Source of the DNA: Octopus vulgaris
Taxonomy: Eukaryota
DNA: 64,000 bases
Direction: 5' to 3'
NCBI GenBank assembly: GCA_951406725.2
Contig: OX597815.1
Span: 46,500,001-46,564,000, forward strand
A model generated the notes under the pieces. That model ran no database searches and was not told where the DNA came from. It saw only the letters and a list, made by a program, of their open reading frames with translations. A program made the translations under genes and the position numbers. Below are positions 1 through 11,342 of the stretch, piece after piece (position 1 is the first letter of the stretch; each line of letters opens with the position of its first letter).

Positions 1-1201
1 ACGCTGTTCCAAAGTTCAACGAGGCGACGCAGGCATTTACCCTAAGGGATTGTCACCGGATGCATGAACTTCAAAGCAGTAACATAATATTTAATTCATA
101 CAAGACTTTCAAATGTCTACTAGATTCTTTATTCATCAATAATAAATCATCATCGAAGTGTCAAATGAAGTTTGTTTTTTTTTTGTCATGACGGAACTTA
201 AGATATTGAAATACATTGTGTGTATGCGTATGTGTTTGTGTGTGCGTATAAAGGTTTTTGAAAAATTTAAGAAGTGACGGAGTTGTAGTTGCATGGCTTC
301 ATTCATTGAGCCTGTGCCCCAACTAATTCCAAAGATTTCTGAGGCCCCACTGAACTTTGTCATGACCTCCTTGAGGCCATATAGTCCCCACGTTGAAAAA
401 CACCGGATTAAGGATTAAACTACCATTAGTGAGACAAGACTGCTAATTTAAGAAATATAAGTGAAAAGAGAAACCATTAGGTCATTTAGTCCTGTGACTT
501 AATTACCTACGATTAAAGCTAATTTTTTAGATAAACTCAATTATAACGGCCAACAATGTCTCTGATGTACATTAGCATTCCATAACTCAAAAATAACTGA
601 CGTTAGTTCAGTTCGGTTCTGAATAGCCCCAAAATGGGATCTGCGTTAGTAAGTACTCTTTCAAGATTTTAGGAATAATGAAAAAAAGTAAAAAAATAAA
701 TAAAGAAAGAAAGAAAGAAAGAAAAACCCAAAAGAAACAAGAATAGACGATAATTCATTTTATGATGTTAGAGCAAAATGGCGGAGAGTCAACGTTCTGT
801 TACTTAACTGACTTATTTTGTTTAATGGATTTTATTGTGACGGGCTGACGTAGACGATCACTACTTTCGTTGGAGTATTTTTCTTGTGTAATAACTATAT
901 GCCAACCGCATTTATGTCAGTACGAATGGTGAGTAGGAGTGCCGAATTATGTATGTTAATACATACACAAACACACACACACATGTAGACACACATAAAT
1001 ATAGATATGCATATATACATACGTACACATATATGTACACACACACGCATATATATATATATATGTATAACTCATTAACTCTGTGCGTGTACGTGTGTAT
1101 ATATATGTGTGTGTATAAGAGTCGTCTTCGTGTGAGTGGGGAGGAGTGTAGAGAGAAAGAGAGAAAAAGGAAGGGTACTAGTTAAGATATATAAACATTC
1201 A

Positions 1202-1266
<65 letters not shown>

Positions 1267-1395
1267 ATGTATGTATATGTATATATATGTATATATATAT
1301 ATATATGTGTGTATATGTATATATATGTATATATATATAGATATATGTATATATATATATACATATATATATACAAAATATGTATGTATACATAA

Positions 1396-1426
<31 letters not shown>

Positions 1427-2699
1427 GAGAAAGAAAGTGGGAGCATTTTGATTCTAGTTTTCTTTTGCCCCATTTGTGTGTGTGTATGTGTATGCACACA
1501 CACATATATATGAACATGCATTAACATACATACACACACCACATATGCCATATTCGAAAGGGATTTTATTCTCCCATATGCCACTATGTTTATATATGTT
1601 TTCAGTTAATACGTTCTGTGTGTGCAGTTCTCCGAGTGCAAGAGGTGTAACTGTCGCTGTATGTGTGTGTGTGTGTGTGTGTGTTTGTGTGTGTGTTTGT
1701 GTGTGTGTTTGTGTGCGTGTGTGCGTATGAGCCAATGGCTGTTGTTTCTACTAGAAACAACCAGATCACCCTCATATAAGACTACATTCATTACGAAAAA
1801 AAGAGCATATTATATCGTGTGGTTTGAGATAAATTGTGAAAATTACATTGGTCATGATTGGAACTCCTTTAGACAATAATTTTGCCCCATCAAGATCTGA
1901 CTGACTGGATCTGGAAGACAAATGATTACGTGGAAGAATAATGAAGCAGCAGAGCAATGGATGGACAAATTGGTTGATGAATCTGAGACACTAAGGAATA
2001 TGTAAAATAGTAGAGGAAATGCAATAAAAAAAATTAAATTAAAATTTAAAATAAAAAAACCAACGTCGAATAGATAAGAGATTTAAACGCCAGAAAAGAG
2101 AAACATTCTCGACCTCCTCTTTCTCTCTCTCTAACTCTTTGCGAGTCTCGTGTATTACATGTGACATACCAAACATATTCTCTGGTGTCCGTGCATAATA
2201 AATGATACGAATGCCAAATTAATTTAACCACCAGAGTCACTTAGGAATTATGAAAGGAAAGCTTGTATGAAACAAGGGTCAACTAAAAGTTTTACAAGAT
2301 ACATGGACGTTTAGGACAAACTTAATGAAAGTGATTTGGGCAAGCAGAGAATTCAGTTCTAGTCTTAAAAATCTTGTCTGATGATGGCGCTTCGGCGTAA
2401 AAGTTCGACCAGGAATAAATAATAGTCAAATCTACATTGAACCTCTTCATACCGTCTTAAAAAGGACGGACTCATCGGACGATGTTGTCTAATGTATATC
2501 ATAACTTAATAAAAAATGCAGAGGCTGGCGTGGCTGTGCGGTAAAAAGCTAGCTTCCCAACCACATGGTTCCGTGTTCAGTCTCACTGCGAGGTACCGTG
2601 GGCAAGTGTCTTCTATTATACCCTCGGGTCGACCACCCAATTATGAATGGATTTGCTGGACAGAAACTGAAAGAATCCCGTCGTATATATATATATATA

Positions 2700-3136
2700 A
2701 TTCAATTTTACAAGTTGGCATTTTTTTTTGCCGACGAGGGGCTGCGTCTGCGCAGTAGATTTTGAAAAAATTAGGATGTATAAACAAGAGGCACATAGTT
2801 GATTGCCTCGTGTTTTTTATATTTAATCTAAGGTGTACCTGTTGACGAAGATTTCACATACGAATATTATTTATTTGCTAAATTAAAATCAGAAACCAAT
2901 TGTCCAGGAAACTAGATGGTAAAAGTTTTCATTTTTTTATTTCGTTCCTGTCGGGAGTTTATCCCTAATTTTGTGGTTATTGAACCTAGCTGTTCTTTCT
3001 AGAGAGGATTCCTTATGTGTTTAAATGTACACTGTATTTTTTTTATGAGTAATACATAGTCTTTGGACTAAATTTTTACACGCCAGGCCACTGGAAGTGA
3101 AAATTTCTATTAATTTCCATTTCCTTTCGATATGAT

Positions 3137-3138
<2 letters not shown>
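2700..3138 (+). mobile_element. Non-autonomous Penelope-like/retrozyme-like unit carrying a hammerhead ribozyme motif
   Basis: Flanked by (TA)n; colinear homology with 28350-28855; contains TATAAA, a hairpin, the HHR motif and ATG|GTAAA. Confidence 0.65.
2838..2908 (+). ncRNA. Type I hammerhead ribozyme motif (C3U core variant)
   Basis: CCTG-TTGACGA-aGATTT...AAATCa-GAAA-CCAATTG-TC^CAGG. Stem I is CCTG/CAGG, stem II is GATTT/AAATC, and the GUC site ends at 2904. Confidence 0.6.
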
Positions 3139-3201
<63 letters not shown>

Positions 3202-3499
3202 CGATGTATGTGTGTCTTTGCGTCGGTAGTCGTTCCCCACCACTGCTTGACTACCGGTGTTGGTGTGCTGCGTAACTTGGTGGTTTGGCAAAAAAGACGG
3301 GTAGAATAAATACTAGGCTAAAACAAAAAAAAAATATGTCCTAGGTTCGATTTTTTCGACTAAAGTCCTTCATGGCGGTGGCCCAACATGGCTGCAGTCT
3401 AATGACTGAAACAAGTAAAAGATAAAAGACATAAAATTGGAAAATAATGGCCGGAACAACTTTGACCTTAAGTCTGCTGAATCAAGACTAACTTGAAGT

Positions 3500-3558
<59 letters not shown>

Positions 3559-3811
3559 AACAACAACAACAATAACATTACTAATAAAATAACAGCTAAA
3601 TACCATTTTAAAAAAAAATCAAGATCCATCACCGTTGTACATGAATCAATCAATATGTAAGATTAATTTTTTCTGATAATTATTTTATCGATGCTAAGTT
3701 GGCAAAAGGTTAATCCAAACAGTGAACTGAAGAATATTAATCAATGCTAGCTCTATTTACAGTTTTTAATAAAGCCAATATGACTGCATTAATTTCTTAA
3801 TTAAACTTATT

Positions 3812-3858
<47 letters not shown>

Positions 3859-4908
3859 TTTTTGTGATGGGGCATCTATTCAAAAATTATAAATTTGGTG
3901 AAGGAAAGAGGAAGAGATATTGTCTGTCTTCTCAGACTAGGGAGGTTGATGAGGTTGAAGCGGTTGACGATCAAACCTTAATTTCTCTGGAATGACGCCC
4001 ATAGTAAAATTATTGGTGGGTAGAGGCAGCGGAGGAGGGGATTTTATTATTACAGAAATATTATTGAAAAAACAACACAAAAAAAAAAAACAAAACAAAA
4101 ATAAAACAATGTAAAACTGCTTTATTACCAAATTCGTTTGATTTTATCGTGGACTTGAACTCGGAATCATGTGATAACAAAACAAATATCTTTTAAAGAC
4201 TTTCGTGCTATTTTCATCTATATTTGAAAGATATGTTTCCAATATCAGTGATATGATCTAAATACTCCAATACTGGTTTCATATTTTGCCACAGGGCCAG
4301 AAATCTCGGGGGTGCAGATAAGTCGATTACATCAATCCCAGTGTCCAGCTGTTATTTATTTTATCGACCCCAAAAGGACGAAAGACAAAATGGACCACGG
4401 AGATATTTGAACTCATAAAGTGAAAACGGACAAAATGCTGCTGAGCATTTTGCCCGGGTGTGCTAACGATTCTGCCAGCTTGCTACCTCACAACTACACC
4501 AATATTAGCTACAAACATGTTCACATATGCATACATACATAAATACACACACACACACACACGTATTCAATTGTGATGCCACCTCTCCCGCCAGCCATTC
4601 AATGTTCAAAAACTAGTTTCATAGAAATTTCTTTCAAAATCTCTATTTCGTTTTTCACACATTAACTTGAGAATCATTTAATTAAGACAGTGTGGTAATG
4701 ATGATTGGAGAAAAGACGGGTTCGCTGGTTTGTTCTGGGATCAGGGTATTATAAAACTTAACACTTGAAGAATATAGAAAAATGCCAGTAAAAGAGTCAG
4801 AGATGGAAAACGTCATGTTTGTAGTCCAGTGAATAAAGTGCATTTGTGAATGAGATCTTTGCTAATCAACTACAGTCGTATTCTTTAGATGCAGAGCAAT
4901 ATGGCTTT

Positions 4909-5183
4909 TGTGGTGTGGTGTTGAAGGAGTGTGACGGAGCGGGAGGGAGCGGAAGTGGGGCTTGCAGGTCTTGCAGGGCGCATGCGCCGGCGGAAGCGGA
5001 AGTGACAAACAGAACGCACGTGCGGCATTTGACCAGGCGAGACAGACTTGAGAACGACGCGAAGACGACAAGACGCTAGCAAGTTGGCTGAAGGCGATCC
5101 GACATCATCTCCGCAGGTAAGACCAAATTACACTTCTAATTCTTTCCTTGTTCTGTTACGCTCCTTTCACCACACATACTACA
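4909..5183 (+). repeat. 5' LTR (275 bp)
   Basis: Direct repeat of 8884-9158; I counted 3 substitutions between the two. Confidence 0.97.
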
Positions 5184-5231
5184 AGCTATTTCGGCGAAAT
5201 AATCACTCGGTTTCGTAAAAAATAGAAAATT

Positions 5232-5987
5232 ATGCAGACTGCTATGATTTCACGCGACCCTATAACACCGTTTTGCGGCGACACCGACGTGGTCGCTTGG
5301 TTGAGGAGGGTAAAATTGGTGGCGAAGCTACACGGCATAGCTGACCTGGCGAGTTTTATGCCGTTGTATTTGGATGGCCCGGCGTTGGCGCTATATCTGG
5401 AGATGGGGGAAGACGGACCAGCTCAGCGCAGAAAAGTGGAGATCCGACTTATGGACGCTTTTGCGGAAGGAATGTTTGAAGCGTACGCTCGACTGGGTAG
5501 AATGAGGTGGACAGGACAACAGGTGGACGTGTTCGCCGGTGAGCTTAGAAGGTTGGCTAAACTTGCGGGATATGAGGGAGAGTCGCTAGAACGCACGGTT
5601 AGGTTAGCGTTCGTGACCGGCTTTCCCGACATTATGTCGGTCGAGCTACAGAAGCTCCCGAACGTGCGTTCGATGCCGATGGCCGAGATCATATCGCGGG
5701 CACGTGTACTGGTGTCGTGCAGCAGGTTGACGTCGGTAGCAGCGACTGTAACGTCGAAAAGTGGACCAGCTAGGAGCAACGGAGAGGGGCTGGGGAAAGA
5801 ACGCGTGCGATCGTTCAAGGGACAGTGTTTCCGGTGCCAGGGCCCACACATGGTCCGTGACTGCGCGTCGCCCAAGCCTGAGGTGATTTGCTACCGGTGT
5901 AGGGAGCCGGGGCATGTGGCCAGCGAGTGTCTGCGGGGAAACGGACCGCGGGAGACTACTGCGCCGGTAGTTGTCCCTTTGGATTAG
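5232..5987 (+). CDS. gag: Gag with two CCHC zinc knuckles
   Basis: CFRCQGPHMVRDC and CYRCREPGHVASEC motifs at the C-terminus. Confidence 0.92.
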   Translation: MQTAMISRDPITPFCGDTDVVAWLRRVKLVAKLHGIADLASFMPLYLDGPALALYLEMGEDGPAQRRKVEIRLMDAFAEGMFEAYARLGRMRWTGQQVDVFAGELRRLAKLAGYEGESLERTVRLAFVTGFPDIMSVELQKLPNVRSMPMAEIISRARVLVSCSRLTSVAATVTSKSGPARSNGEGLGKERVRSFKGQCFRCQGPHMVRDCASPKPEVICYRCREPGHVASECLRGNGPRETTAPVVVPLD

Positions 5988-6475
5988 TAGCGGCGCGTTT
6001 CTCATCGTTACCTGTGGTCGACATTCTGGTGAAGGGGAAGATGTCGCGAGCCCTGGTGGACACGGGCTGTACGACGACCCTGATGACCACAGAAGTGGCA
6101 GAGACGTGGAGTGGAGGAAGCAGTGTTAGGGCAGTCGACGGAAGAGAAGTGCACTGCGAAGGGGTTACGGATGCGCAGATTGTGGTGCAGGGACTGCAGC
6201 TGGCGTTGCGAGCGATTGTGGTCGGTCACTTGGTGGACGAGATCGACGTGGTGATGGGGATGGATGCGATCACCCGTTTGGGAGGTGTCACCGTCAACGA
6301 GGCTGGCGTAACGTTTGGGCTAGCAGGGAAGCCGTGTAGGGCGAGACCACGCACCGACGACAACCGTGAGGAAAAGGATGCGGCGCACACCATTGAAGAC
6401 CAGGATTTTCGGGCTGTCTTTGATGGCGAGAGGTGGACAGTGGAGTGGCACTGGAAGGAGAGCCCCCGATGTTAA
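5927..6475 (+). CDS. pol: Pol part 1: retropepsin aspartic protease
   Basis: ALVDTGC catalytic motif and VVMGMD motif; same frame as the ORF at 6542. Confidence 0.9.
   Translation: MSAGKRTAGDYCAGSCPFGLVAARFSSLPVVDILVKGKMSRALVDTGCTTTLMTTEVAETWSGGSSVRAVDGREVHCEGVTDAQIVVQGLQLALRAIVVGHLVDEIDVVMGMDAITRLGGVTVNEAGVTFGLAGKPCRARPRTDDNREEKDAAHTIEDQDFRAVFDGERWTVEWHWKESPRC
5936..5997 (+). promoter_or_regulatory. -1 programmed ribosomal frameshift signal (G GGA AAC plus H-type pseudoknot)
   Basis: The heptamer is in the gag frame at 5936-5942, followed by a 7-nt spacer. Stem GGGAGACTAC/GTAGTTGTCCC; loop TGCGCCG is complementary to CGGCGCG (5991-5997). The protease ORF is in the -1 frame. Confidence 0.8.
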
Positions 6476-6541
6476 AGAACAAAGTGGGCTGCTATCAGGC
6501 ATACTCTAAAAGGAGATGCCAGAAGTGAGTTCGAGGGGGAG

Positions 6542-8847
6542 GTGGAGCGGTGGATTAAGGAGGGCATACTGATCCCCTGGGAGAAAGAAGAGAGTGGAGT
6601 CCTGCCACTGATGGCGGTGATACAGCCCACAAAGCGTAAGGTCAGGCCAGTGCTCGACTTCCGAGAGCTGAATGACCACGTGTCGTGTCATACAGGCGGC
6701 GAGGCCACGGATGTCTGTGGAGACACCTTGCGAGAGTGGAGGCAGACGGCAGGGGCCTCCACGATTGTCGATTTAAAGTCGGCATACCTTCAGGTGCATG
6801 TGGCTGAGAAACTATGGAGGTACCCGCTCGTCAGGTATAGGGGCCGGACGTACTGTCTGACCAGGTTGGGATTCGGGCTGAATTCAGCGCCGAAGATTAT
6901 GGCAACAATTCTCAAGGCCATCCTGGGGAAGGTGGACAGAGTAAAAAGGGCCACCAATTCATACATCGACGACATTCTGGTGGATGAAACCGTGATACCA
7001 GCAACGGAGGTCATAGGCCACCTGAAGAGTTTTGGACTGATCGCCAAGCCGCCAGAGGCTATGGAGGGAGGTGCTGCACTGGGCCTCAAGCTATGGAGAG
7101 ACAAAGCCGGCGCCTTGGTGTTCCGGCGAGGGAATGAGATCCCTGAACTGGGCGCCAGCATGAGTAGACGGGAACTGTTCTCTGTGTGTGGGAAACTGGT
7201 GGGACACTACCCGATTGCAGGCTGGCTCCGGACAGCATGCAGCTTCATCAAGAGACGAGCCGAAGGAGTGAAGTGGAATGATAAAGTGGGGGAGAGGACG
7301 ATCGACATGATGCAGGAAGTCCTGGTCAGAGTAGGAGCAGAGGACCCGGTGAGGGGCAGCTGGTATGTTCCCAAATCAAAGAGCGGGATCGTATGGTGTG
7401 ACGCCAGTAGCATTGCAATAGGGGTCGTCTTGGAAGTGGGAGGTGTCACGGTGGAAGATGCAGCCTGGCTCAGGAAGATGGATGACTGCAGTCACATCAA
7501 CGTGGCAGAGTTGGAAGCCGTGCTGAAGGGGGTGAACCTAGCCTTGAAATGGGGGTTGCACACCATAGAAATCAGGACTGATTCAGCCACTGTACTTGGT
7601 TGGGCGACGGCAGTCATCACCGATGAGCGGAGGGTGCGGACCAAAGGGGCTGCAGAGATGCTGGTAAAGCGTCGATTAGGAATACTGCGTGAACTAACCA
7701 CTGAGTTCAATCTGAAGCTGAGCGTGATCTTTGTGCCTTCCGAGAAGAACAGGGCAGACGTCCTGACCAGGGTAAAGCGAGCCTGGTTGCAAGTGCCAGA
7801 GGATGCGAAGCAGGATGTAGCTGCAGTATGCCATCTGAGCGACTCGGAGTTGCGGAGACTGCACACCATGCATCACATGGGTGTGGACAGGACGTTGTTC
7901 CTAGCCAGAAAAGTCGACTCCGACGTAACAAGACAGAGCGTGCGGAGAGTGGTTAGCAGTTGTGACAGGTGCCAGTCCATCGACCCTGCTCCGGTCGTGC
8001 ATGAAGCGGGAAGTATTCCAGTGGACCAGGACTGGAGACGACTGGCGGTGGACATAACACACTACCGGCAGGGGACATACCTCTCAATGGTTGACTGCGG
8101 ACCGGGGCGGTTCGCCATATGGAGGGAGATGAGATCGGGAACCGCAGAAGAAATTGCGAAAGTGTTGAACGAGATATTCCTGGAACGAGGCCCCGTGGAT
8201 GAACTGCTTCTGGACAACGGCACTGCATTTCGCTCGGAGGCGCTGAGAGAAATGCTTGATGAGTGGAAGGTCAACCGCTTCTTCAGGGCGGCATACCGGC
8301 CAAGTATAAACGGGGTGGTGGAAAGGCATCATCGTACCATCAAGGCCATGGCAGAGAGGGTCACATTTCACCAGTCGAGGCCGTGTTTTGGTACAACATG
8401 TCGCCCAGATCAGGATAGGCTGAGGAGTCGGTGCCACACAGGGCAATATTCAGGTACGAGTGGAGGCATCCGTGTACTACATCAATACGACACGGGGCAG
8501 AGGAAGAGCACGCCTTCGTGCAGGTCGGGGAGGAAGTCTGGATAAAACCCCCAAACGCACGGTGTACATCGCAATGGGGAAAGGGGACAATAACCTCCGT
8601 AAATTCGAAGAATAACATCTCGATCGATGGTATGCCACGCCACGTTTTGGACATACGGAGGATTGTCCATGCCCCAGAGGATGGGACAAGCAACAGTGGG
8701 CAAGACGAAAACAACCGACAGGATGACGAGGTCGACAGCAACACACCAGAAACAAGTCCTAGGGTCGCGCTGCGACCACAGAGGGAGCGGCACCCTCCTC
8801 CCTGGTTGGCTGATTATGAAACCAGTTTCAGGTGCGGGAGCGAGTGA
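6542..8847 (+). pseudogene. pol: Pol part 2: RT, RNase H and integrase, disrupted near the end
   Basis: RT motifs VDLKSAY, LGFGLNSAP, YIDD; RNase H motifs CDAS, AELEA, TDS; integrase motifs HHMG..CDRC, VDIT, LDNG, VER. There is a frameshift near 8360 and an in-frame TAG at 8416-8418. Confidence 0.92.
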
Positions 8848-8883
8848 GGAAGCCGGTTCAGTGATCTATAGATCAGGGGGGCG

Positions 8884-9158
8884 TGTGGTGTGGTGTTGAA
8901 GGAGTGTGACGGAGCGGGAGGGAGCGGAAGTGGGGCTTGCAGGTCTTGCAGGGCGCATGCGCCGGCGGAAGCGGAAGTGACAAACAGAACGCACGTGCGG
9001 CATTTGACCAGGCGAGACAGACTGGAGAACGACACGAAGACGACAAGACGCTAGCAAGTTGGCTGAAGGCGATCCGACTTCATCTCCGCAGGTAAGACCA
9101 AATTACACTTCTAATTCTTTCCTTGTTCTGTTACGCTCCTTTCACCACACATACTACA
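8884..9158 (+). repeat. 3' LTR (275 bp)
   Basis: Direct repeat of 4909-5183, followed by the TSD. Confidence 0.97.
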
Positions 9159-9429
9159 GCTTTGTATATAAGTCGCAACAATAACATTCAATAGGTGCAT
9201 GAAGGACACTTGAAAGTTTGTCAGCGGTCAGCAGCTGGTCACTCTCCTCGGATACCAGATTCAAACTTACAATCTATTTAGTAGCATATATAGTGTGTCA
9301 TTAACTGCACCCCCCCCCCACACACACACACACATGAACGCATGTATGTATTATACATACATACATACATACATACATACATACATACATACATACATAC
9401 ATACATACAAACATACATCGCTAGTCACT

Positions 9430-9808
9430 ACACATTCTTTATTTTCTCTCCTTGTTTCTTTATGTGTTCCTTTCTGTGGAAGAGCGTAGGCTCAAAATGT
9501 TAAAGACTTCTTCACTTCCCGAGCGTCATTTCCCTAGAGTCATTTTCTCTTTGTGCCTCATAATGTAACACACTCACCGGTAAAATTTTCACTTATTTCT
9601 TATTTTTATTTACCTAAAATTTTCGTTGCGTCTTCTAAACTTTTCAATAGTCTTGATTCTCAAAAAATAAGAAATAAGTGGAAATTTTACCAGTGCGTGT
9701 GTTACATTATAAGGTACAAAAAGAAAATGACTCTCCCCAGACACAACAGAATATTCTTCAACACACGAACGCATATAAAGAATCTTGCAAACTAAATACA
9801 AAAACGAA

Positions 9809-9873
<65 letters not shown>

Positions 9874-9933
9874 CATCCGTTTATTGTCTACGCCACCTGT
9901 CTTCGTCTTTTGTATTTTTTGTGAATTCTCCCT

Positions 9934-9935
<2 letters not shown>
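9430..9935 (+). mobile_element. Short repeat family C (GAAGAGCGTAGGCTC..CCTGAGCG), interrupted by the 9537-9870 hairpin element
   Basis: Colinear with the uninterrupted copy at 48878-49035; related fragments at 25420-25535 (-), 31075-31160 (-) and 49598-49692 (+). Confidence 0.65.
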
Positions 9936-9983
<48 letters not shown>

Positions 9984-10624
9984 ATGTATGTATGTATGTA
10001 TATATATATGAAGGTAGTCTATCGTAGTCCGAGAAAAACATATGGGGATCCATATGGCTCATAGGGGTCCATATAAGGTTTTGTCGTATAAGTTTATGTG
10101 CAAGAAATTAGTTATACTTGTACAACACAGATAATTTAAGTATTTATTAAATACAATTTCTGATAATATTTAATAATAAAAATACAATATATTTTTCAAC
10201 ATGGGATGGTTATGAGAGGTTGAGGCTCCACCTGTGTGAAATTGGAATCAAAGGTGTCCATTGGCAAAAAAGTGGTTGAGACCCACTAGTTTATAGTGAT
10301 CAAATGTATGTGCTGTGCCTTAGCACACCCCTTCATCAAATCGACATTTCCTGAATAAGTGAACGGTGTACAACACGTCAGGTGTCGACGTGACCATAGA
10401 GCAACGTAGAATGATGTGCTTTGTTCAGGAATACAATGCACATCCCGGTAACAGAATTGAAACAGCAATCTTGCGATCGTGAGTGCGACACATTAACCAC
10501 TAGGCCATGCACCCTTACATACACACAAAAACTCACATACACAAGCACACACATATACATAGATATGTAATATACATACATACATGCATACATACATACA
10601 TACATACATACATACATACATACA

Positions 10625-10657
<33 letters not shown>

Positions 10658-10907
10658 TTCGTTTTTGTATTTAGTTTGCAAGATTCTGTCTATGCGTTCG
10701 TGTGTTGAAGAATATTCTGTTGTGTCTGGGGAGAGTCATTTTCTTTTGTGCCTTATAATGTAACACACTCACCGGTAAAATTTCCACTTATTTCTTATTT
10801 TTTGAGAATTTTAGGAAAATAAAAATAAGAAATAAGTGAAAATTTTACCGGTGAGTGTGTTACATTATGAGGCACAAAGAGAAAATGACTCTCCCCAGAC
10901 ACAACAG
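9537..10907. repeat. Two inverted copies (about 9537-9870 and 10580-10907) of a fold-back element
   Basis: GAGTCATTTTC...ACCGGTAAAATT arms appear four times in alternating orientation. Confidence 0.85.
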
Positions 10908-11065
10908 TATATATATATATATATATACACACACACGCACACATATATTTATATATATGTTTGTGCGTATATATATATATATATATATATATATGCTTAT
11001 GTATATGTGTGCATATGATGATATATATATATGAATGTGTGTGTGTGTGTGTGTGCGTGTGTGTA

Positions 11066-11097
<32 letters not shown>

Positions 11098-11309
11098 GCC
11101 TGATTAACAGAAATAGTCAAAACAATGCCAAATGAGACATTGCTGGGTTTCTAAATGTGAAAAGACGTCTTGGGAGGTGAACTATTTCAATCGTATCTTC
11201 TCTCCCCAACCAAACTCAACAACATTACAGCGACCACCAAAAAATAATGAAACAGCCACATAAATTGTCTTCTCCTCCTCCTTCTCCTCATTATCACTGC
11301 TTCCTTATT

Positions 11310-11342
<33 letters not shown>

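Larger units (their letters stand above)
2518..3430 (+). mobile_element. tRNA-derived SINE (family A, CORE-like centre), split by an insertion in its internal (TA)n tract
   Basis: Head TGGCTGTGCGGTAA...GTGTTCAGTCTC...GTGGGCAAGTGTCTT at 2518-2690; tail ...GACTGAAACAAGTAAAAGA at 3205-3430. Homologous to copies at 14810-15205, 26550-26870, 46825-47170 and 48418-48870. Confidence 0.8.
4909..9158 (+). mobile_element. Full-length Ty3/Gypsy-type LTR retrotransposon, recent insertion
   Basis: TG...CA LTRs; 5-bp TSD GCTTT at 4904-4908 and 9159-9163; domain order gag-PR-RT-RH-IN; purine-rich tract AGGGGGGCG just before the 3' LTR. Confidence 0.97.

Noticed and set aside
2368-2415. CTGATGA plus a GCGC-TTCG-GCGT hairpin as a hammerhead
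   Set aside because: The GAAA box and NUH site are not intact (GTAAAAGTTCG); at best it is a dead relic.
5423-8793. Antisense ORFs within the LTR element
   Set aside because: These are expected shadow ORFs of GC-rich coding sequence and carry no motifs.
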